Of a stretch of DNA of 64,000 nt, positions 50,983 to 61,943 are shown one piece after another. How positions within the stretch are numbered: position 1 is the first letter of the stretch; each line of letters begins with the position of its first letter. Both the position numbers and the translations under genes were made by a program. The notes under the pieces were generated by a model. It saw nothing but the letters and a program-made list of their open reading frames with translations, was not told the DNA's origin and made no database searches. Origin of the DNA: Candidatus Danuiimicrobium aquiferis (GTDB lineage: Bacteria; Omnitrophota; Omnitrophia; Omnitrophales; Danuiimicrobiaceae); contig MHFR01000013.1 of NCBI GenBank assembly GCA_001804285.1, positions 8,920-72,919 of the forward strand. Reading direction: 5' to 3'.

Positions 50983-51878
50983 TGGTAAAAAAGTTTTTGA
51001 TGGTTGCTGTATTGTTAGTGGTTGCCTATATCGCCTTGGTTCAATTTAAGCTGTTGTATCGGATTGTAACGGGAAATAAAGGTGGAGAGCCGATTTCAGA
51101 AACGCTGCAAAATGATGTTGCCCAGAAAGTTTATAGTTTTTCATTTTCAAAATATAATTCCAGCGGTTCAAAAGAATTGGAGATCGAAGGAGATTCTGCG
51201 GATATTTTAGCCCAAAATGTGAAATTGATTAATGTGATTGCAAAAGCCTATGCGGAAGATTCACCCGTTACCATTACTGCGGATAAAGGAGATTTTAATC
51301 GGAGTACCAGTCAGGTTAAACTTAAAGAAAATGTTGTCGCGACCACGGAAACAGGAACCCGCTTAATGACCAATGAATTGGATATTTTTCCTTCGGATAA
51401 GCGGCTTGAAACGCAGGAAGTGGCGAATGTAAAAAAGGACAATATTAGTATCAAAGGAACCGGTGCCGAAAGCGATTCACAAATGGAAAGAGTCCATTTT
51501 AAAAAGAATGTCACGGTGATGATTCAGAATCCGGATTCAGAAACGAAAAAGCCCACCATTATTACTTCCGATGGGCCGCTTGAAATTGATTACAAACGAA
51601 ACGTCGCTTTTTTCAAAAAGAATGTGCAAGCTGTTGATGACAGGGGAACCCTTAAGTCGGATTTTATGGATGTTTATTATGATAAGGAATTGAAGCAGGT
51701 TTCGAAAATGGTCGCGCGCGGGAATGTCATCATTGAAAGCAAGGAAGGTAATAAAACCTATAGTGATAGCGCGGTTTATCTTGCTAAGGAAGGTCGAGTC
51801 GTGCTGGGTGGTGATGTTGAAACCGAATATGTTGCGGAAGAAAAATATTCAGAAAAAGATAAAGCGAATATTTTATAA
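50982..51878 (+). CDS. LptC-LptA(OstA)-like fused LPS transport protein
   Basis: N-terminal TM then two beta-jellyroll-like repeats (ITADKG..V.L.ENV; VARGNVII); directly upstream of lptB. Confidence 0.75.
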   Translation: MVKKFLMVAVLLVVAYIALVQFKLLYRIVTGNKGGEPISETLQNDVAQKVYSFSFSKYNSSGSKELEIEGDSADILAQNVKLINVIAKAYAEDSPVTITADKGDFNRSTSQVKLKENVVATTETGTRLMTNELDIFPSDKRLETQEVANVKKDNISIKGTGAESDSQMERVHFKKNVTVMIQNPDSETKKPTIITSDGPLEIDYKRNVAFFKKNVQAVDDRGTLKSDFMDVYYDKELKQVSKMVARGNVIIESKEGNKTYSDSAVYLAKEGRVVLGGDVETEYVAEEKYSEKDKANIL

Positions 51879-51899
51879 TTTTAATCGGGGAGAGAGACT

Positions 51900-52625
51900 T
51901 TGTATCTATTAGAAACGCAAGCACTAACAAAAAGTTACAAAGGTCGTACGGTTGCAAACCAGGTGTCAGTCAATATTTCCCGGGGGGAAATTGTTGGTTT
52001 GCTTGGCCCAAACGGGGCGGGGAAAACCACGACCTTTTATATGATTGTCGGCGTGATTCGGTCGGAGTCCGGTAAAATTCTTTTCCGTGGTGAAGATATT
52101 ACCAATCTTCCGATGTATAAACGCGCGCGGCTGGGAGTGGGGTATCTTTCGCAGGAGCCTTCTATCTTTCGCAAATTGACTGTTGAAGAAAATATTATGG
52201 CCATTTTGGAAACGTTGGACATTCCGCAGGTCGAACGGGATAAAAGATTGAAACGGCTCCTTGAAGAACTCGATATCGCGCATTTGGCGAAAAACAAAGC
52301 TTATACACTTTCGGGAGGCGAGAGGCGGCGTCTTGAAATTACCCGTGCGCTCGTGACGAATCCTTCTCTCATTTTGCTCGATGAACCGTTCAGCGGTGTT
52401 GATCCCATTGCCGTGTTTGAGGTCCAGAAAATTCTTAAGAGACTGAAAACTCAGGGATTAAGTATTTTACTGACGGATCATAGCGTACGCGAAACGCTAT
52501 CGATTACCGATCGCGCGTATATTATGTGTGAGGGAAAAATCGAGGTTTCCGGAACGTCGCAGTTTTTATCGAGCGATAAACGGGCTCGTGAAATTTATTT
52601 AGGCGAGCGTTTTGTTTTGGTGTAA
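51900..52625 (+). CDS. lptB: LPS export ABC transporter ATPase
   Basis: GPNGAGKTTTFYM, YLSQEPSIFRKL, LSGGERRR, DEPFSGVDP. Confidence 0.97.
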   Translation: MYLLETQALTKSYKGRTVANQVSVNISRGEIVGLLGPNGAGKTTTFYMIVGVIRSESGKILFRGEDITNLPMYKRARLGVGYLSQEPSIFRKLTVEENIMAILETLDIPQVERDKRLKRLLEELDIAHLAKNKAYTLSGGERRRLEITRALVTNPSLILLDEPFSGVDPIAVFEVQKILKRLKTQGLSILLTDHSVRETLSITDRAYIMCEGKIEVSGTSQFLSSDKRAREIYLGERFVLV

Positions 52626-52713
52626 AAGAAGTTTTGATTAAAGTTAACGGTATTATTCTAACGACGAAATTCGAGTTATTCGAAAGAGTCAATTTAGTTA
52701 TAGGAGGAAATGA

Positions 52714-53178
52714 ATGAAGATTTCTGAGATTCTCAATGTGCAAGGTGTAAAAATAGGCCTAACAGCCATTAAAAAGGAGGATGTCCTCAAAGAGCTGGTG
52801 GATGCGTTGGCGAATGTGATCGATATCGGGGATCCCAAAAGTATTGTGAAAGCATTGTTGGAACGGGAAAATTTGGGTTCCACCGGAATCGGGCAAGGAA
52901 TCGCCATTCCTCACGGCAAGACAGACAAAGTAGAAAAGCTCACAGCCGTATTAGGGATCAGTAAATCAGGAGTGAACTTTGATGCGCTTGACGGTGAGCC
53001 TGTATATATTTTCTTTCTTTTGGTTGCTCCGAAAGATTGTGCCGGGCCACATTTAAAAGCACTTGCGCAAATTTCCCGCTTGCTTCGAGATACCTATTTT
53101 TGCATGCTGATTCGCAAATGCAAAACACCCGAGGAAGTTTATAATTTAATTAAGACCGAAGAAGACAGAAAACAGTAA
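52714..53178 (+). CDS. ptsN: PTS IIA (Ntr/fructose-type) component
   Basis: LLERENLGSTGIGQGIAIPH, FDALDG.PV, HLKALAQISR. Confidence 0.88.
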   Translation: MKISEILNVQGVKIGLTAIKKEDVLKELVDALANVIDIGDPKSIVKALLERENLGSTGIGQGIAIPHGKTDKVEKLTAVLGISKSGVNFDALDGEPVYIFFLLVAPKDCAGPHLKALAQISRLLRDTYFCMLIRKCKTPEEVYNLIKTEEDRKQ

Positions 53179-53202
53179 GATTATTTCAAACCGGATAGGA
53201 TC

Positions 53203-54156
53203 ATGGCATATCTTTCTGTTCAGGAATTATTTGACGGGCTTAAGGAAGAACTGAAATTAACTGTCATCACGCCGAGTGTGACTCTCGCCCGAAAGATTCA
53301 TTCAGCAGAAATCAACCGGCCCGGGCTTGCCCTATCTGGTTACTATGGTTATTTTGCGTTCGATTGCGTTCAAATTTTAGGGAAGACCGAGATTGGTTAT
53401 TTGAAAAAATTGAAAGGTATCGAGCGAGTCAAAAATTTGAAAAATTTTTTTTCGTATCGGATTCCGTGCATGATTGTGACAAAACAGCAAACGATCCCGG
53501 ATGATTTTGTCGAGCAGGCCATTGCAGCAAAAATCCCGATTTTACGGTCGCCGTACCGGACGTCGCGTGTTGCAAGTCAAGTTACCGTTTTTATCGAGGC
53601 GGCCGGTTCTCCGGAACTGAGTATGCACGCGACGTTGCTTGACGTTTACGGAATCGGAACGCTGATTATGGGAAAAAGCGGAGTCGGAAAATCCGAATGC
53701 GCTCTGGAATTGATCGAACGGAAACACCGGCTCGTGGCTGATGATATTGTTGAAATCCGCCGTGAGAACCGGATTCTGATGGGGGCTTCGAATCATATGC
53801 TCATGTATCACATGGAAATTCGAGGCCTTGGAATTATTGATATCAAAGCTATTTTTGGTGTTGGTGCTGTTCGCCACCGCAAACGGATTGACCTTGCTGT
53901 GACGCTTGAACATTGGGAGCGTGAACGGGAATATGAGCGGCTGGGGTTGGAAGAAAAAACATACGATGTTTTAAGGATTAAAATTCCCCATTTAATTATT
54001 CCGGTTCGGCCCGGAAGAAATATCCCGATTTTGGTGGAAACGGCTGCGTTAAATCAGAGGCTGAAAGTGATGGGCGTCCACCCTGCGCAGGAATTCAATC
54101 AAAAGTTAATAGAAACAATGAAACTGAAGACTGAGAAATTAGGTTTACAGAAATGA
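53203..54156 (+). CDS. hprK: HPr kinase/phosphorylase
   Basis: NRPGLALSG, GKSGVGKSE, LVADD, EIRGLGII, PVRPGRN. Confidence 0.98.
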   Translation: MAYLSVQELFDGLKEELKLTVITPSVTLARKIHSAEINRPGLALSGYYGYFAFDCVQILGKTEIGYLKKLKGIERVKNLKNFFSYRIPCMIVTKQQTIPDDFVEQAIAAKIPILRSPYRTSRVASQVTVFIEAAGSPELSMHATLLDVYGIGTLIMGKSGVGKSECALELIERKHRLVADDIVEIRRENRILMGASNHMLMYHMEIRGLGIIDIKAIFGVGAVRHRKRIDLAVTLEHWEREREYERLGLEEKTYDVLRIKIPHLIIPVRPGRNIPILVETAALNQRLKVMGVHPAQEFNQKLIETMKLKTEKLGLQK

Positions 54157-55400
54157 AATTCTTTAAATGGTTATATCCCGGAATCGGAATTAAGCGTTGG
54201 GTGATCCTGGCGGTTTTTGGAATCGGGATGATGGTTATTGTCGGATTTTCGGCTGTCAAATCGATTGCGCAACATAGCGTTTTGCTTGCCAGTTTTGCCA
54301 CAGCGTTTTTAATGGTCGGGATTTTTCTCGTTTATACGTCCCTAAAACAAATTGTCCGTATTTTTGTTCGTGCTTTAATGCCTCTTGCCCAGGATGATTT
54401 AGTCAACATTGTTTATCAGAGCCGGAAACGTGATTATTTAGCGCGCGGCCCGCGTGTGGTTGCGATCGGAGGAGGAACGGGGCTTAGTGTATTGCTTTCC
54501 GGAATTAAAATGTTTACGAATAACATTACGGCTATTGTGACTGTTACTGACACCGGCGGAAGTTCAGGACGGCTCCGGGATGAGCTTGATATTTTACCTC
54601 CGGGAGATATCCGGAACTGTTTAGTAGCGCTTGCTGATGCCGAGCCCTTAATACGCGATTTATTTCAATATCGCTTTACCGAAGGCCAAGGGCTTAAAGG
54701 GCATAGCTTTGGGAATCTATTTATTACGGCTCTTTCGATGGTTACCGGAGATTTTGAGAAAGCAATCCGTGAATCAAGCAAAGTGCTTGCGATTCGCGGA
54801 CGCGTATTGCCGTCCACGTTAGACAAAGTGACTTTGGTCGGTCAGTTTAAGGACGGATCGACGGCAGAAGGAGAAACTTCTATTACAGCCGTCCGAAAGC
54901 CGCTTCGCCGCATTCAATTAAAACCGGAAAATGCCCGGGCGACTGAAGAGGTTATTGAAGCTCTTGAAACGGCAGAGTTAATTATTATGGGGCCAGGGAG
55001 CCTTTATACCAGCATCATCCCGAATCTTTTGATCAAAGATATCAGGGATGGCATCCTTGAGTCGGACGCATATAAAATTTTTGTGATTAACGTGATGACT
55101 CAACCGGGCGAAACCGAACATTTTACGGCGGCAGACCATATTCAAACTTTGATTGAACATACGGATCCGCGGATTGTAGATGCTTGTTTCGTTAATGTTC
55201 AAAAAATACCGAAGGAATTGCTGGATAAATATCACGAGAAAGAATCATTTCCGGTTGAAAATAATATTTCAAAAATCAAGAGTATGGGGTATGAAATTAT
55301 TGGACGGGAAGTCTTAAAGCTTGATGAGCAAATCCGGCATGATCCTGTGAAATTGGCAAAGGCATTGTTTGATCAATATTTTGAAGTCTTGAAGAAATAA
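54153..55400 (+). CDS. yvcK: YvcK/CofD-like (gluconeogenesis factor) protein with N-terminal TM helices
   Basis: IGGGTGL, DTGGSSG.LR, PPGDIRN, GHSFGNL, GPGSLYTS, RHDP. Confidence 0.92.
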   Translation: MKFFKWLYPGIGIKRWVILAVFGIGMMVIVGFSAVKSIAQHSVLLASFATAFLMVGIFLVYTSLKQIVRIFVRALMPLAQDDLVNIVYQSRKRDYLARGPRVVAIGGGTGLSVLLSGIKMFTNNITAIVTVTDTGGSSGRLRDELDILPPGDIRNCLVALADAEPLIRDLFQYRFTEGQGLKGHSFGNLFITALSMVTGDFEKAIRESSKVLAIRGRVLPSTLDKVTLVGQFKDGSTAEGETSITAVRKPLRRIQLKPENARATEEVIEALETAELIIMGPGSLYTSIIPNLLIKDIRDGILESDAYKIFVINVMTQPGETEHFTAADHIQTLIEHTDPRIVDACFVNVQKIPKELLDKYHEKESFPVENNISKIKSMGYEIIGREVLKLDEQIRHDPVKLAKALFDQYFEVLKK

Positions 55401-55402
55401 GG

Positions 55403-55741
55403 ATGACGATGAAAGAAAAAGAAATCATAAAAGAAACCGCTAAGGAAGCAAAATATCCGGACGCGTTGCCCGTAGTCGAAAAAAAGTTTACGGTCAACAA
55501 CAAGCTCGGTCTTCATGCGCGACCGGCTTCTTTATTTGTTCGAACAGCCAATAAATATGAGTGTGATTTCATCGTTCAAAAAGGAAAACAAAAAGTGAAC
55601 GGAAAATCGATTATGGGGATCATGATGCTTGCAGCGGGGCCGGGCAGTCGGATTATAATTAAAGCTATTGGCTCCGATGCGAAAAAGGCTATGGATGAAC
55701 TTACGAAATTATTTGAAGATAATTTCGGAGAAAAAGAGTAA
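55403..55741 (+). CDS. ptsH: Phosphocarrier protein HPr
   Basis: GLHARPA (His15), GKSIMG (Ser46). Confidence 0.96.
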   Translation: MTMKEKEIIKETAKEAKYPDALPVVEKKFTVNNKLGLHARPASLFVRTANKYECDFIVQKGKQKVNGKSIMGIMMLAAGPGSRIIIKAIGSDAKKAMDELTKLFEDNFGEKE

Positions 55742-55747
55742 AGGTTG

Positions 55748-57499
55748 ATGATGAAACGATATCACGGAATTCCCGTATCTCCTGGTGTTGCGATGGGAAA
55801 AGCGCTGGTCCTTCATAGTGAGGATTTTTTTGCGGTTCCTAAATCTCAAGTCGGAACGGAGGATATCCCGCGTGAAGTCGTCCGGTTTGAAGAGGCGCTT
55901 ACCAAAACGCGCGCGGACTTAGTGCGCATTCGAAAAAATATAGCAAATAAACTCGGCCACGAGCATTCGGATATTTTCAGTGCGCATCTTCTCATTTTGG
56001 AAGACCGCACATTGATTGAAGACGTGATTTCGAAAATCAAAGAAGAAAAAGTTGGCGCTGAATACGCATTTTCGCTCATCATTCAAAGATATTTCCGGGC
56101 TTTTTCTCAGATTCAGGATGAGTATCTCAGGGAGCGTGTGGCGGATATCCGTGACGTCGGACGCCGTGTGATGCAAAATCTTCTCGGGAAAGAAAAAGAT
56201 TCGTTGATCGGCCTTAAGGAAAAAGTGATTGTTGTGGCGCATGATTTGGCACCGACAGAAACGGCCATGATGGATCGCGAACATGTGATTGCTTTTGTGA
56301 CGGATATCGGCGGCCCGACTTCGCATACGGCAATTATGGCGCGTTCCCTTGAAATTCCGGCTGTGGTGGGTTTGGATACCGTTAGTACGGATATTGTCAC
56401 GGGCAATCAAATTATCGTGGACGGACATCGTGGAATTCTCATCGTTGAACCTGATTTGGCTACGATCGAAAATTATAGTCAACAGGAGCGACGGTTCGTC
56501 CAACTCGTCTCCGAACTGGATAAGTTGAAGTCTCTTCCCGCCGAAACATTGGATGGCCACCGCATCAGATTGGAAGCGAACATTGAATTCCCGGACGAAA
56601 TTCCTTCCGTTCTAGCGCACGGCGCCGAAGGGATCGGGCTTTATCGGACAGAATATTTTTATATGAACCGGCGCGATCTTCCGAATGAGCAAGAACAATA
56701 TGAGGCTTACCGGATTGTTGTCGAAAAGCTTGCGCCGAGTCCCGTGATTATTCGAACGCTGGATTTGGGTGGCGATAAATTTCTTTCGTTTTTAGATATG
56801 CCTCAGGAAATGAATCCGTTTATGGGATGGAGGGCGATCCGTTTTTGTTTGTCTGAAGTTGAAATTTTTAAAACCCAGTTACGGGCAATTTTACGCGCCA
56901 GCGTTCATGGAAATTTAAAAGTGATGTACCCGATGGTTTCCAATGTCCAGGAAATTCGGCGGGCAAATGAAATTCTCGAACAGGCGAAACAAGAACTGAG
57001 GAATGAACAAATTGCGTTTGATAATCAGATAGACGTCGGAATTATGATTGAAATCCCGTCTGCCGCCATTACGAGTGATATTTTGTCAAAAGAAGCTAAG
57101 TTTTTTTCAATTGGCACAAATGACCTTATTCAATATTCGCTTGCGGTTGACCGGATTAATCCCAAAATCGCTTATCTTTATGAGCCAACGCATCCTGCGA
57201 TTATCCGGTTGATTCGTCAAGTGATTGAAAATTCGAAAGCGGCACAAATTCCAACAAGTGTTTGCGGGGAAATGGCTGCTGATCCGGGTATGGCAGTTCT
57301 TTTGCTTGGGTTAGGCATCGATGAGCTCAGTATGAGCCCGTTTGCTTTACCGACCGTAAAAAAAGCGATTCGCTCAGTCAGCTTCAAAGATGCGCAGGAT
57401 TTTGCGAAAAAAGCCACTGAATTGACGACCGGCGAGGAAATTAAGCATTTTGTGAAAAGCAGGATGAAAACGATTTTGCCGGAACTCTTTGAGGAGTGA
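55748..57499 (+). CDS. ptsI: PTS enzyme I
   Basis: GGPTSHTAIMAR, GLYRTE, RTLDLGGDK, NPFMGWRAIR, SIGTNDL, CGE. Confidence 0.98.
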   Translation: MMKRYHGIPVSPGVAMGKALVLHSEDFFAVPKSQVGTEDIPREVVRFEEALTKTRADLVRIRKNIANKLGHEHSDIFSAHLLILEDRTLIEDVISKIKEEKVGAEYAFSLIIQRYFRAFSQIQDEYLRERVADIRDVGRRVMQNLLGKEKDSLIGLKEKVIVVAHDLAPTETAMMDREHVIAFVTDIGGPTSHTAIMARSLEIPAVVGLDTVSTDIVTGNQIIVDGHRGILIVEPDLATIENYSQQERRFVQLVSELDKLKSLPAETLDGHRIRLEANIEFPDEIPSVLAHGAEGIGLYRTEYFYMNRRDLPNEQEQYEAYRIVVEKLAPSPVIIRTLDLGGDKFLSFLDMPQEMNPFMGWRAIRFCLSEVEIFKTQLRAILRASVHGNLKVMYPMVSNVQEIRRANEILEQAKQELRNEQIAFDNQIDVGIMIEIPSAAITSDILSKEAKFFSIGTNDLIQYSLAVDRINPKIAYLYEPTHPAIIRLIRQVIENSKAAQIPTSVCGEMAADPGMAVLLLGLGIDELSMSPFALPTVKKAIRSVSFKDAQDFAKKATELTTGEEIKHFVKSRMKTILPELFEE

Positions 57500-57510
57500 T
57501 CGGGCCTTCC

Positions 57511-58590
57511 ATGCGTGTGTTAGATCAAAAAGAAACCATAGAAGCAATTGATCAACATGGAATGCGTACGCTCATCTATGAATTTTCGAATCAGCTGAAA
57601 GCAGCCGAAGTGATCGGCCGGAATTTCGAATGTGAGTTTGACCGGAAGATTGAACGGATTGTCTTTAGCGGTGTGGGCGGATCCGGAATCAGCGGAGATT
57701 TTATCCGGAGTTACCTGTCTCAGGATTGCCCGATTACAATCTCAATCAATCGTAGCTATCATTTGCCCGGGTTTGTTGATGATTCGACGCTTGTGATTTT
57801 AAGTAGCTATTCGGGTAATACGGAAGAATGTCTTTGCGCTTTTGACGAAGCGTTTGTCCGAAAAGCAAAACTGCTTGTCATCACTTCGGGCGGTGAATTG
57901 GAAGAGCGGGCGAAAATGCGCGGTTCTCCGTTGATTAAACTTCCCGGCGGTTTACCTCCACGAACTGCGCTGGGTTATTTAATCATTCCTATTTTATGTG
58001 TTTTGGCGAAATTGGGTTTTGTCAACCAGGGCAAGCTTAAAGAAATTCAAGAGGCTTATGAATTGATTGATATTCTTTCGAAAAATCAATACGGGACAGA
58101 AATCCCTATCGAGAAAAATAAAGCAAAGCAAATCGCGTTTCAATGTTATAAAAAAATTCCAGCGGTATATGCCGGGATCGACCACTTTGATGTTGTGGCT
58201 TTGCGGTGGCGTTCTCAGTTTGAAGAAAATTCGAAAGTTCTTTCTTTTCATAATGTTTTTCCCGAGATGAATCATAATGAATTAGAGGGGTGGTGCTCAC
58301 AGGCCCATTCTTTACGGAAAAATTTGATTATGATATTATTGAGAGATCAAGATGATCATGCTTCGATTCAAGCCCGGATGAATTTAACGCGAGATTTGAT
58401 TCGAAAAGAAGGCGTGGATGTTTTGGAGGTGTTTTCGGAAGGGAAAGGTCTTTTAGCGAGAATGTTGGCGACTGTGCATTTGGGCGATTGGGTCAGTTTG
58501 TATTTGGCATTGCTTTATCAGGTAGACCCTACGCCTATTCATTCAATTAATTATCTCAAGCAGGAATTAAAAAAGGGAACGATCCGATGA
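57511..58590 (+). CDS. Bifunctional phosphoglucose/phosphomannose isomerase (SIS)
   Basis: GVGGSGISG, SYSGNTEE, TSGG.L, PPRTA, ENSK, PEMNHNE; start may be 57496. Confidence 0.92.
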   Translation: MRVLDQKETIEAIDQHGMRTLIYEFSNQLKAAEVIGRNFECEFDRKIERIVFSGVGGSGISGDFIRSYLSQDCPITISINRSYHLPGFVDDSTLVILSSYSGNTEECLCAFDEAFVRKAKLLVITSGGELEERAKMRGSPLIKLPGGLPPRTALGYLIIPILCVLAKLGFVNQGKLKEIQEAYELIDILSKNQYGTEIPIEKNKAKQIAFQCYKKIPAVYAGIDHFDVVALRWRSQFEENSKVLSFHNVFPEMNHNELEGWCSQAHSLRKNLIMILLRDQDDHASIQARMNLTRDLIRKEGVDVLEVFSEGKGLLARMLATVHLGDWVSLYLALLYQVDPTPIHSINYLKQELKKGTIR

Positions 58591-59330
58591 AAGCCATACT
58601 TTTATGTGCCGGTTTTGGGACGAGGCTTTACCCTTTAACCGAGAATCAGGCAAAACCGCTTTTGCCCATTGCCGGGAAACCGCTCATTAATTATGTCATT
58701 GAAAAGTTTGAACCGATAAAAGAACTCAACGAAGTCGTTTTGATTTCGAACGGGCGGTTTTATCAGAATTTTATTGAATGGAAAAATCTTTCAAAATTGC
58801 CTTGGAAAGTGACGGTTGTCAATGATCAGACGATGGATAATGATCACAGGCTGGGTGCGATCCGGGATCTGAAGCTTGGGCTCGATCAGGCGAAGGTAAA
58901 CGATGATATTTTACTTCTTGCCGGTGACAACTTATTTGATGAAGGGCTGAAGGATTTTGTTGAGGGTTCGCGGCAGAAAAGCCCCGGAGCGTCGGTGGGT
59001 GTTTACGAAGTGAAGAGCCGCGAATTAGCCCAAAAATACGGGTTGATTAAAACAGATTCTTCAGGCAGAATTACTGAGTTTTTTGAGAAACCGAAAAATC
59101 CGTCGACCTTACTTGCGTCCATGGGCGTTTATTTTTTTCCGAAAGAAACGCTGCCTTTTGTAGCACGGTATCTTGAAAATAATCAGAATCCGGATGCGCC
59201 GGGTTTTTATTTGTCATGGTTTATTAAGCATGCGCCATTGTATGCTTTTCGTTTTGGCGGGACATGGTTTGATATCGGCGATATCAATTCATACCAAACT
59301 GCAAATCAATATTTTGAAAATTTAAAATAA
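58587..59330 (+). CDS. Sugar-phosphate nucleotidyltransferase family protein
   Basis: LCAGFGTRLYPLT..KPLL, AGDN, EKP, WFDIG. Confidence 0.9.
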   Translation: MKAILLCAGFGTRLYPLTENQAKPLLPIAGKPLINYVIEKFEPIKELNEVVLISNGRFYQNFIEWKNLSKLPWKVTVVNDQTMDNDHRLGAIRDLKLGLDQAKVNDDILLLAGDNLFDEGLKDFVEGSRQKSPGASVGVYEVKSRELAQKYGLIKTDSSGRITEFFEKPKNPSTLLASMGVYFFPKETLPFVARYLENNQNPDAPGFYLSWFIKHAPLYAFRFGGTWFDIGDINSYQTANQYFENLK

Positions 59331-59399
59331 AAACATTTTTGCGGAAAAACGGTACAGCCTTTCGCAAGAACAAATGACTATTTAGAAGGGAGTCTAACA

Positions 59400-60551
59400 G
59401 TGAAGAAAGAGAAACATTTATTTACGTCTGAATCGGTGAGCGAAGGACATCCGGATAAGATGTGCGATCAAATTTCAGATGCCATTTTGGATGAATTTTT
59501 AAAACAGGACCCGAAATCGCGTGTGGCGTGTGAAGCTTTTGTAACGACGGGGATTGTTTTGGTCGGCGGAGAAGTGACTACGGAAGCATATGTGGATATT
59601 CCGTCTGTGGTGCGAAATGTCATTCGCGAGATTGGTTACGATAATGCAGAGTACGGCTTCGATTATAAAACATGCGGAGTGTTAACGTCGATTCAACAGC
59701 AATCTCCCGACATTGCGATGGGGGTTGATAAGGGGGGAGCCGGTGATCAGGGCATGATGTTTGGTTATGCGACGAATGAAACGCCGGAATTGATGCCGAT
59801 GCCGATTGTGATGGCGCACCGTTTATTGCGCCGATTAGCCGAAATCAGAAAACGCGGAGAATTGCCGTATCTTCGGCCAGATGCAAAAAGCCAAGTGACT
59901 TTGGAATATGACGACGGCGTTCCGGTACGTGTTGATACGGTGGTGTTGAGCGCTCAACATGACGGTGATGTGGCGTATAATACCATTGCGAAGGATTTGA
60001 AAAAGCATGTGATTGAATACGTGATTCCTAAAAACCTTCGGGATTCGGATGTGAAAATTTATATTAATCCGACGGGGCGGTTTGAGATTGGCGGGCCGCA
60101 CGGAGATACGGGGCTTACGGGCCGGAAAATTATTGTGGATACGTATGGCGGATTAGGCCGTCATGGCGGAGGTGCGTTTAGCGGGAAAGATCCTTCTAAA
60201 GTGGACCGCTCGGCAGCGTATTTTGCCCGTTATGTTGCTAAAAATATTATTGCCAGCGGAATTGCCAAGCGTTGCGAACTTCAAGTGTCCTACGCGATTG
60301 GCATTGCCGAACCGGTATCAATTATGGTGGATACGTTCGGAACCAGTACGGTTGCGAATGAAAAAATTACAAAAGTGATACGTAACATGTTTGATTTTAC
60401 ACCTCGTGGCATTATCAAAACACTCAATCTCTTGCGGCCTATTTATCTCAAAACGGCAGCTTACGGACATTTTGGCCGGAATGAAGACGGGTTTACATGG
60501 GAGAAAACAGATAAAGCTGAAGAGCTGAAAAAAAAATTGGAAAAGAAATAA
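59400..60551 (+). CDS. metK: S-adenosylmethionine synthetase
   Basis: [39 protein letters not shown]. Confidence 0.99.
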   Translation: MKKEKHLFTSESVSEGHPDKMCDQISDAILDEFLKQDPKSRVACEAFVTTGIVLVGGEVTTEAYVDIPSVVRNVIREIGYDNAEYGFDYKTCGVLTSIQQQSPDIAMGVDKGGAGDQGMMFGYATNETPELMPMPIVMAHRLLRRLAEIRKRGELPYLRPDAKSQVTLEYDDGVPVRVDTVVLSAQHDGDVAYNTIAKDLKKHVIEYVIPKNLRDSDVKIYINPTGRFEIGGPHGDTGLTGRKIIVDTYGGLGRHGGGAFSGKDPSKVDRSAAYFARYVAKNIIASGIAKRCELQVSYAIGIAEPVSIMVDTFGTSTVANEKITKVIRNMFDFTPRGIIKTLNLLRPIYLKTAAYGHFGRNEDGFTWEKTDKAEELKKKLEKK

Positions 60552-60605
60552 GCAATTTTACGAGATGCGGGATATAAAAATTCAAAAGGCAAAAGAGGAT
60601 GATCA

Positions 60606-61916
60606 ATGAAAATAACGGAAATGAAATATAAAGTAGCAGATATTTCGCTCGCCGACTGGGGACGGAAAGAAATTGATATGGCAGAGAAAGAAATGCCAGG
60701 GCTGATGGCGCTCCGAGGAAAATATGGGAAATTAAAGCCCTTGAAAGGAGCGCGTGTTGCCGGTTGCCTGCATATGACCATTCAAACGGCGGTGCTGATT
60801 GAAACGCTCATTGAGTTGGGCGCAGAAATCAGATGGTCATCCTGCAATATTTTCTCTACTCAGGACCATGCCGCTGCCGCGATTGCTGCTCGTGGGATTC
60901 CCGTGTTTGCTTGGAAGGGCGAAACCCTTGAAGAATATGACTGGTGTATTGAGCAAACGATTCATTGGCCGGATGGAAAAGGTCCGAACATGATTGTCGA
61001 TGACGGCGGAGATTTGACGCGAATGCTGCATGAAGATCGGTTCGCAAATTTAATGAAAGATGTTCTCGGGATTTCGGAAGAAACAACAACGGGTGTTCAT
61101 GCCCTCCACCGGATGGAAACGGACGGAAAACTCAAGTGTCCCGCATTTAATGTAAATGATTCGGCGACGAAATCGAAATTTGATAATTTGTATGGTTGCC
61201 GTGAATCGCTTGCGGACGGAATTAAGCGGGCAACGGATGTGATGGTTGCCGGAAAAGTGGTGGTCGTAGCCGGTTATGGTGAGGTCGGAAAAGGATGCGC
61301 TCAATCGATGAAAGGGTTTGGTGCGCGAGTATTAATTACGGAAATTGACCCGATTTGCGCGCTCCAAGCGGCGATGGAAGGTTATGAAGTGACAACCATG
61401 AGTGAAGCGGTTAAAGAGGCGGATATCTTTGTCACGGCAACGGGAAATTGCGATATCGTTACCATTGAACATATGAAACGAATGAAGGATGAAGCGATTG
61501 TTTGCAATATCGGGCATTTTGATATTGAAATTGATGTTGCGTCGCTTGAAGGATTTCCGGGGATCAAGAAACTCAATATCAAGCCGCAGGTCGATAAGTA
61601 TATTTTTCCCGACGGACATTGCATTATATTGCTTGCGTCCGGCCGACTGGTGAATTTGGGTTGTGCAACAGGACATCCTTCTTTCGTGATGAGTACTTCT
61701 TTTACGAATCAGGTTCTTGCACAGATTGAATTGTTTGCGAACCGCCAAAAGTATGAAAATAAAGTTTACCGGCTGCCGAAACAATTGGATGAAGAAGTTG
61801 CGCGTCTTCATTTGGGGAAACTCGGAGTAAAACTTGAAGTGCTTACCGACAAGCAAGCGCAATATTTGGGAGTTCTAAAGAAGGGGCCGTTCAAGCCTGA
61901 GCATTATCGATATTAA
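60606..61916 (+). CDS. ahcY: Adenosylhomocysteinase
   Basis: [41 protein letters not shown]. Confidence 0.99.
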   Translation: MKITEMKYKVADISLADWGRKEIDMAEKEMPGLMALRGKYGKLKPLKGARVAGCLHMTIQTAVLIETLIELGAEIRWSSCNIFSTQDHAAAAIAARGIPVFAWKGETLEEYDWCIEQTIHWPDGKGPNMIVDDGGDLTRMLHEDRFANLMKDVLGISEETTTGVHALHRMETDGKLKCPAFNVNDSATKSKFDNLYGCRESLADGIKRATDVMVAGKVVVVAGYGEVGKGCAQSMKGFGARVLITEIDPICALQAAMEGYEVTTMSEAVKEADIFVTATGNCDIVTIEHMKRMKDEAIVCNIGHFDIEIDVASLEGFPGIKKLNIKPQVDKYIFPDGHCIILLASGRLVNLGCATGHPSFVMSTSFTNQVLAQIELFANRQKYENKVYRLPKQLDEEVARLHLGKLGVKLEVLTDKQAQYLGVLKKGPFKPEHYRY

Positions 61917-61943
61917 GTTTTAAGTTTAACATTCAACGCTATT

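Noticed and set aside
55919-56560. Long antisense ORFs (e.g. 213 aa opposite ptsI, 219 aa opposite aroC)
   Set aside because: These are shadow ORFs of well-conserved genes, with no motifs or translation signals.
59331-59399. SAM/SAH riboswitch upstream of metK-ahcY
   Set aside because: Only a short weak hairpin is present, with no recognisable aptamer consensus; an Infernal scan would be decisive.
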